From Candidatus Krumholzibacteriia bacterium (lineage in GTDB: Bacteria > Krumholzibacteriota > Krumholzibacteriia > LZORAL124-64-63): a stretch of DNA of 64,000 nt. The translations under genes and the position numbers were made by a program. Position 1 is the first letter of the stretch; every line of letters starts with the position of its first letter. The notes under the pieces are model-generated. The model did no database searches. It was not told the DNA's origin and saw only the letters and a program-made list of their open reading frames with translations. The stretch covers positions 96,001 through 160,000 of the forward strand of contig JBFXKG010000009.1 in the NCBI GenBank assembly GCA_050174015.1. The letters run 5' to 3'. Of the stretch, positions 57,683 through 64,000 are shown piece by piece.

Positions 57683-59446
57683 ATGAGACATCCCCTCCGA
57701 ACCCGGCCCGGATTGCGGGCGCCGGCCTTCCGGCCCCTGCTGATCGCCCTGGCCACGGCCTTTTTTGCCCTGGCCGGAGCCGCGATCGTCCCGGCCCAGG
57801 AACCGGCGCGGACCGACGATCCCGCGGCGAGGCGCAGGGAGTTCTACGAGAACCTCAAGATCCTGGGCGACGTCTACGAGCGGGTCATCAACAACTACGT
57901 GGACGAGATGGATCCCCACGAGGTCATGGAGGGGGCTGTCAACGGGATGCTGGAACTGCTGGACGAGCATTCCAACTACCTGCCGCCGGTGAACTACGAG
58001 GACCTGATGACCAGCACCGAGGGGGAGTTCGGGGGCCTGGGCATCTCCATCAACATCCGTGACCACTACCCCACCGTCGTTTCCCCCATCGAGGGCACGC
58101 CCGCCTACTACATGGGCATCCAGGGCGGCGACCAGATCATCGAGATCGAGGGGGAGAGCAGCCGCGACATGACCAGCCGCGACGCGGTGAAGCTGCTGCG
58201 GGGCACGCCGGGGACCAAGGTGAACATCACGATCCAGCGCCCGGGCCGGGAGGATCCCATCCCCCTGACCATCACCAGGGACGTCATCAAGCTGGAAAGC
58301 GTTCCCTACGGCTTCATGATGGGGGACATCGGCTACATCCGCATCCAGAACTTCGCCCGCACCACGCGGGAGGAGCTCAAGACGAAGCTGGACGATCTGA
58401 CCGCCCGCAACATGCGGGGCCTGATCCTGGACCTGCGGTTCAATCCGGGGGGGTTGCTCGAGTCCGCCCAGGGCGTGAGCGAGCTCTTCCTGGAGAGGGA
58501 CAAGCTGATCGTGTTCACCCAGGGGCGGCTGCGTTCGCAGAACCAGCAGTTCTTCAGCCAGGCCCGCGGCAAGGTCTACAACCAGGTGCCGTTGATCGTG
58601 CTGATCAACGGGTCGTCGGCCTCGGCCAGCGAGATCGTCTCGGCGGCCATCCAGGACCACGACGCCGGCCTGGTCGTGGGCCAGACCTCCTTCGGCAAGG
58701 GTTCGGTGCAGACGGTCTTCCGGCTGGACGAGGACGAGGCCCTGAAGCTGACGACCGCGCGCTACTACACGCCCAGCGGCCGCTCGATCCACAAGGACCG
58801 GCCGCGGAATCCCCACGGCGATGAGCTGGCTTTCGATGAGAACGGCGAGCCGGTCGCCGATGCCGAGCCCCTGGACAAACCCGCGGCGGAGAAGGAAGTC
58901 GAGCGGTTCCAGAAGGACAAGTACTACACCGACAGCGGGCGGGTGGTCTACGGCGGCGGGGGCATCACTCCCGACATCGAGATCGACCAGGACTTCCTGA
59001 CCGACTTCGAGGTGGCGGTCGAGCGGGACGGGGCCCTGTTCAGCTTCGCGGTGGACCTGGCCGCCCAGCTCGATCCCATCCCCGAGGATTTCACCGTGTC
59101 CGAGCAGGTGTTCCGCGACTTCGGGACCTTCCTCGAGGGCAGGGAGAACATCGACGAGTACCTGGGGGTCTTCGACCTGACCATGAGCGACTCCCTGCTG
59201 GAGGCCAACCGGGAGTTCATCGACCGCGGCATCCGCCGGGAGGTGGCGCGGCGCGGGTTCGGGCAGGAAGCGGCCTACCGGGTGGCCATCGAGGCCGACG
59301 TCCAGCTGCACCACGCCCTGGAGCTGTTCAGCAAGGCCAAGACCCTGCCGGAGCTGCTGGCCCTGGCCGAGGAGTGGAACAACGAGCAGATGAAGCAGCT
59401 GGCCGCTGAGACCAATCCGCCGGCCGGAGGCGCCGTCTCGAACTGA
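57683..59446 (+). CDS. ctpA: C-terminal processing protease (S41)
   Basis: FGGLGI (PDZ), DLRFNPGG, SASASEI, SFGKGSVQ, YYTPSGRSI. Confidence 0.92.
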   Translation: MRHPLRTRPGLRAPAFRPLLIALATAFFALAGAAIVPAQEPARTDDPAARRREFYENLKILGDVYERVINNYVDEMDPHEVMEGAVNGMLELLDEHSNYLPPVNYEDLMTSTEGEFGGLGISINIRDHYPTVVSPIEGTPAYYMGIQGGDQIIEIEGESSRDMTSRDAVKLLRGTPGTKVNITIQRPGREDPIPLTITRDVIKLESVPYGFMMGDIGYIRIQNFARTTREELKTKLDDLTARNMRGLILDLRFNPGGLLESAQGVSELFLERDKLIVFTQGRLRSQNQQFFSQARGKVYNQVPLIVLINGSSASASEIVSAAIQDHDAGLVVGQTSFGKGSVQTVFRLDEDEALKLTTARYYTPSGRSIHKDRPRNPHGDELAFDENGEPVADAEPLDKPAAEKEVERFQKDKYYTDSGRVVYGGGGITPDIEIDQDFLTDFEVAVERDGALFSFAVDLAAQLDPIPEDFTVSEQVFRDFGTFLEGRENIDEYLGVFDLTMSDSLLEANREFIDRGIRREVARRGFGQEAAYRVAIEADVQLHHALELFSKAKTLPELLALAEEWNNEQMKQLAAETNPPAGGAVSN

Positions 59447-59470
59447 GGCTGCGACCCCCGGACCCCGATG

Positions 59471-59505
59471 GAAGAAGCCCGCCCCCATCGGGGACGGGCT
59501 TCTTC
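59471..59505. terminator. Bidirectional terminator hairpin
   Basis: GAAGAAGCCCGCCCCC ATC GGGGACGGGCTTCTTC between convergent ctpA and cheV. Confidence 0.7.
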
Positions 59506-59525
59506 CACTTCGATCGGACGTACGG

Positions 59526-60521
59526 TCAGGGGGCGCCCACGGCGGCGCCCAGGCACAATTCGTCCAGGACCTCCACCAGCCGGCCGAACTGGGGCTTGCT
59601 GAGATAGGAGTCCGCGCCCACGGTCTCGCACTTGCGCGCGATCTGTTCGTTGATCAGCGAACTGAAGAGGATGACCGGCGTCTCCTTGAGCCCCAGGGTT
59701 TCCTTGCAGTGGCGGCACAGGGCCAGGCCGTCCATCTTCGGCATCTCGATGTCGCTGACCAGCCCCGCGAGATGATCCCGGAGGTCGCCGCCCTCGGCCC
59801 GGATCCGGGCGACGAGGTCGCTGATGGCCTGGCAGCACTCGGCCCCGTTGGCGAAGGTTCGCACCTTGACGTAGTTGCCCCGGCCCAGTTCCTGGACCAG
59901 CAGTTCCCTGATGATCCCCGAGTCCTCGGCCAGGTAGATCATGGCCTCGGCGCGCTGCGGGCGCAGGGGGTCGTTCTCGTCGACGTCCACCTGGTGGCGC
60001 TTCAGGTCGGTGGGCAGGATCTCCCCGACGACCTTCTCCATGTCCACGATGAGGATCTCGTTGTCCTTGATGTTGAGCGAGCCGGTGAACTTGCTGTCCG
60101 GGGTGTCGAGGAAGGGACTCAGGGGGCTGATCTGCCGCCAGGAGATCCGGTGGATCCGGTCGACGCCGTCCACCAGGAAGGCGGTCTTCCGCTCGTTGAA
60201 CTCCATCACCAGGACCAGCTTGGAATCCAGGTCGCCGTCGTCTCCCGTCCCGACCCCTGCGGCCCGCTTTGCGGTCCTCACTCCCGCCGCCGATTCGAGG
60301 TGCTTGCCGAGATCGACCAGGGTGATGCACTGGTCCCGGAACAGGATCGTGCCGATCACGGCCCGGTGGGCGAGCTGGAGTCGAGTGAGGCGGGCAGGAT
60401 CGAACTGCTCGATGGCCTGGATCTTCAGGACGTTCACCCCGAAGGACTGCCCTCCGAGGATGAACTCCAGGATCTCGACCTCGTTGGTCCCTGATTCGAG
60501 TAGGATTCCGTCTTTCTGCAT
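59526..60521 (-). CDS. cheV: Chemotaxis protein CheV (CheW-REC)
   Basis: ILLESGTNEVEILEF, FGVNVLK, AEDS, SDIEMPKMDG, FSSL. Confidence 0.92.
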   Translation of the reverse strand: MQKDGILLESGTNEVEILEFILGGQSFGVNVLKIQAIEQFDPARLTRLQLAHRAVIGTILFRDQCITLVDLGKHLESAAGVRTAKRAAGVGTGDDGDLDSKLVLVMEFNERKTAFLVDGVDRIHRISWRQISPLSPFLDTPDSKFTGSLNIKDNEILIVDMEKVVGEILPTDLKRHQVDVDENDPLRPQRAEAMIYLAEDSGIIRELLVQELGRGNYVKVRTFANGAECCQAISDLVARIRAEGGDLRDHLAGLVSDIEMPKMDGLALCRHCKETLGLKETPVILFSSLINEQIARKCETVGADSYLSKPQFGRLVEVLDELCLGAAVGAP

Positions 60522-60548
60522 GCCTGGACCCTCTCCTCGGAGTCGACG

Positions 60549-60893
60549 TCAGCCGACGAGACTGAACTTGTGCATGACTTCCTCCAGCAGGTATCCGTCT
60601 TCGCCGGCCAGGTTGATGAACTTGAACCCGACGCGGTAGAAGCTGGGATTCTTGTCCTGGTTGCACCAGACCGCCTCGGCCTCGACGTTGATGTCGGAGC
60701 GGTTGTGGACCATGACGGGCAGGTTCAGGCGGACCTGGAAGCGGCGGCCCGGAGCCACCGACCGGCCGGTGACGAGCATCATGCCGTTGCAGGTGATATC
60801 GACGATCCGCCCCATGACCTGGCCGGACTCTTCGTCCAGGGCGCGGACCAGGTGGGGAGTGTTCTTGCGGGGTCTGCGGCGCATGTCCACCAT
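60549..60893 (-). CDS. PilZ-domain protein
   Basis: RRRPR and DITCNG motifs; VWC; GFKF. Confidence 0.85.
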   Translation of the reverse strand: MVDMRRRPRKNTPHLVRALDEESGQVMGRIVDITCNGMMLVTGRSVAPGRRFQVRLNLPVMVHNRSDINVEAEAVWCNQDKNPSFYRVGFKFINLAGEDGYLLEEVMHKFSLVG

Positions 60894-61010
60894 GGGCGTT
60901 CCTTTCGGGAATTGGGTTGTCGGCCTAAGGATCGGCGCGGACCGCTCCGACTTGAGTCCCAAAGCGGGACCGGACTTGTCCGGCGCCGGGGTCGGATGTA
61001 TCCTGGGCCC

Positions 61011-62270
61011 ATGAAAAACAACTTCGAGATCCGGGTCGATTCGGAAATCGGCAGGTTGCGGGGCGTGATCCTGCACCGGCCGGGGGCCGAGGTGGCCAAC
61101 ATGACCCCGGAGTCCGCCCAGCGGGCGCTCTACAGCGACATCCTCAATCCGACGGTGGCCGCCGAGGAATACGGTCAGATCGAGGGGGTCCTGGAGCGCT
61201 GGACCCGCGTCTTCCGCATCAAGGACCTGTTCGGCGACATCCTCGGCAACCCGCGCATCCGGGCGGGGCTGGTCCGCAGGATCTGCGAGGCCGAAGGCGT
61301 GCCGGACGTGGCGGAGGACCTGATGGGCATGCCCTCGGCCGACCTGGCGTCGGTGCTCATCGAGGGGGTGCCCCTGGTCAAGGACAACCTGACCCGCTTC
61401 CTGAGCCGGGACCGGTTCTCCCTGCCTCCCCTGCACAACTTCTTCTTCACCCGCGATTCGGCGGTCACGGTGGGGGACCAGGTCTACATCTCCCACATGG
61501 CCAACCAGGTCCGAGGCCGGGAGACCAGGATCGTCGAGGCCGTGTTCGACCACCATCCCGAGGTGGGCGCTCCCACGGTCAATCCCGCCCGGCTGGAGGG
61601 GCCCGACTCAGGTCTGACCATCGAAGGGGGGGACGTCCTGGTGGCGGCCGAGGACATCCTGGTCATCGGCATCGGCGCCCGGACCACCCCGCGGGCGGTC
61701 GACTTCCTCATCGAGCGCTTCAAGCAGCAGGGCCGCGACCGGCACATCCTGGTCCAGGAGCTGCCCCGGTCGCCGGAATCGTTCATCCATCTGGACATGG
61801 TCTTCACGCTGCTGGATCGCGACCGCTGCCTGGTGTTCCAGCCGGTGATCGGGCAGACCCACCGGTACGACACCGTCCACATCCACATCCGGGGCCGCCA
61901 GGAGGTGAAGATCACCGAGGAGGACAATCTCCCGCGGGCCCTGGCCAAGCTGGGGATGGACCTGGAACCCCTGCCCTGCGGAGGGGCCAGCGACCGCTGG
62001 ATCCAGGAGCGGGAACAGTGGCACAGCGGCGCCAACTTCTTCGCCCTGGCGCCGGGCAAGATCATCGGCTACGGGCGCAACACCAACACCCTCGAGGTGC
62101 TGGCCGGGGCGGGTTTCGCCGTCGTCACCGCGGACGACGTCATCGCGGGCAAGGTCGACCTGGAGTCGGCGGGCCGCTGCGTGGTGACGGTCAGGGGCTC
62201 AGAGCTGGCCAGGGGCGGCGGGGGGTGCCGCTGCATGACCATGCCCGTCGGCAGGGATCCCGTCGTCTGA
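61011..62270 (+). CDS. arcA: Arginine deiminase
   Basis: SEIGRL..HRPG.E, FFTRD, IEGGD, HLDMV, SELARGGGGCRCMTMP. Confidence 0.92.
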   Translation: MKNNFEIRVDSEIGRLRGVILHRPGAEVANMTPESAQRALYSDILNPTVAAEEYGQIEGVLERWTRVFRIKDLFGDILGNPRIRAGLVRRICEAEGVPDVAEDLMGMPSADLASVLIEGVPLVKDNLTRFLSRDRFSLPPLHNFFFTRDSAVTVGDQVYISHMANQVRGRETRIVEAVFDHHPEVGAPTVNPARLEGPDSGLTIEGGDVLVAAEDILVIGIGARTTPRAVDFLIERFKQQGRDRHILVQELPRSPESFIHLDMVFTLLDRDRCLVFQPVIGQTHRYDTVHIHIRGRQEVKITEEDNLPRALAKLGMDLEPLPCGGASDRWIQEREQWHSGANFFALAPGKIIGYGRNTNTLEVLAGAGFAVVTADDVIAGKVDLESAGRCVVTVRGSELARGGGGCRCMTMPVGRDPVV

Positions 62271-63551
62271 ACCGCCGCGCCCGGCCGCCAGCTCCCGCTG
62301 GCGGCGTCCCAGGTAGAACGCCACCGCGGCCCACAGCAGGGCGATGGGCACGGCCAGCCAGGCCACCGTCGCCAGCTGTGCTCCGCCCGCGGTGATCCTG
62401 GCGAAGATGCCCGCGCCCAGGGCGTCCCCTCCCCGGTAGACGAAGGTGTCGATGAAGTTCTTGGCCTTGTAGCGGTCGCTGCGGTCCACCACCGTGAACA
62501 GGGTCTCCCGCGCCGGCTTGGCGAGGGCGTAGTTGCCGGCCCGTCGGATCACCTGGAAGATCACCAGGACCGTGAGGGTGGGCCAGGCGCCCACGGCGGC
62601 GAACCCCGCCGCGACCGCCAGGGGCAGCAGGGCGAGCACCGGGCCGCTTCCCAGTTTCCGCAGCATCCGTCCGGTCAGCAGCAGCTGGCCCGCCAGGGTC
62701 AGGGTGTTGGCCCAGAAGTCGATGGTCCCGAACATCGCCGCGCGTTCGGTCCGCCCCAGGACGTTGGCGGCCACGATCTGCGCCTGCTCGAAGTAGAGGA
62801 AGGTGGCGGTCAGGCTGTAGAAGAAGATGTAGGCGCTGATGCCCAGGAGATAGGGGGACCCGGCGGTCCGGGTGACCCCGGAAAGGATGCCGCCGCGGGA
62901 GGGGGAATCGTAAGCGGCGTCCGGGGAGGACCCGTCGTGCGCGAAGCTGCGCCCCAGGGGCCCCACGCACCGCACGGCCCCCTCGAGGAACGCCGCGGCG
63001 ACCAGGAAGAGGTTGTGGCGGCCCACCGCCCCCACCAGCAGGGTCGTCAGGCCGCTGCCCAGCATGGCTCCCATGGTGCCGCCCAGGGCGATGATGCCGA
63101 ACAGGCGCCGGCTGCGGCGGTAGCCGAAGCCGTCGGCCATGAAGGACCAGAACAGCGACAGCACGAAGAGGTTGAACACGCTCAGCCAGACGTAGAAGGC
63201 GCGTCCGGTCAGGACAAGCAGGCCTCCCGAGGCGGTCTTCAGCAGGATGAAGAACAGCAGGAGGTTCACCGCGAAGAAACGGAAGGCCACGGGGATGAAG
63301 GTCTCCCTGCGGTGGCGGCGGACCAGCCAGCCCAGCAGGGGGGCGGCCAGGACCATGGCGGCGAGCGTGACGAGGAACAGCTTCGGCAGGTTGTCGACCC
63401 CGCCCGCCAGGCCCATTTCCTCCCGCAGGGGACGCAGGATGGAGTAACCGGTCATCAGGAGGTAGAACAGGAGAGCGGACAGCAGGACGGGCCCGGTTTC
63501 GGCCGGTTCCAGTCCCAGGCTGCGGGCGAGTTTGCGACGAAGGCTGATCAT
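62199..63551 (-). CDS. NTP/NDP-translocase-like (Npt/TLC) MFS transporter
   Basis: YSILRPLRE, SLFWSFMAD, RLFG, KPARETLFT, YKAKNFIDTFVYRGGD. Confidence 0.85.
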   Translation of the reverse strand: MISLRRKLARSLGLEPAETGPVLLSALLFYLLMTGYSILRPLREEMGLAGGVDNLPKLFLVTLAAMVLAAPLLGWLVRRHRRETFIPVAFRFFAVNLLLFFILLKTASGGLLVLTGRAFYVWLSVFNLFVLSLFWSFMADGFGYRRSRRLFGIIALGGTMGAMLGSGLTTLLVGAVGRHNLFLVAAAFLEGAVRCVGPLGRSFAHDGSSPDAAYDSPSRGGILSGVTRTAGSPYLLGISAYIFFYSLTATFLYFEQAQIVAANVLGRTERAAMFGTIDFWANTLTLAGQLLLTGRMLRKLGSGPVLALLPLAVAAGFAAVGAWPTLTVLVIFQVIRRAGNYALAKPARETLFTVVDRSDRYKAKNFIDTFVYRGGDALGAGIFARITAGGAQLATVAWLAVPIALLWAAVAFYLGRRQRELAAGRGGSDDGIPADGHGHAAAPPAAPGQL

Positions 63552-63647
63552 GGAACCGTCCGGGGCTGGGGATGCAGGGGCGTCGATCCGCCTCCTACGC
63601 ACCGCAGGGGCGGGTGTTGCCTGCCGGATTCCCCAGGATAGCGGGGA

Positions 63648-64000
<353 letters not shown>

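Overview
High-GC (roughly 68-70% by eye), gene-dense bacterial window. FlgD-Ig/T9SS-like C-termini, PorV/FadL-like barrels and a C-terminal 'WGALKxLYR' motif point to the FCB superphylum, probably Krumholzibacteria/Latescibacterota (inference). No rRNA, tRNA, CRISPR array or mobile element was recognised. Housekeeping genes include metG, hup, ltaE, trkAH, nadE, rsmI, tmk, ctpA, rsgA, mrp, arcA and cheV. Four accessory blocks stand out. (1) A clade II N2O-reductase operon with a lipoprotein NosZ and an apparent NosB-NosD fusion. (2) A four-gene candidate sphingolipid operon (Spt, GNAT ceramide synthase, reductase, Aur1/Ipt1-like phosphotransferase), with a PI(P)-synthase-like gene elsewhere in the window. 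(3) A five-gene outer-membrane operon (lamin-tail surface protein, two PorV/FadL-like barrels, a ComEA-HhH barrel and a 5'-nucleotidase) that looks like an undescribed nucleic-acid capture or scavenging system. (4) Two tandem small ORFs, each with a UGA followed by an identically spaced hairpin, which are candidate selenoproteins. All product calls come from motif recognition only; no searches were run.
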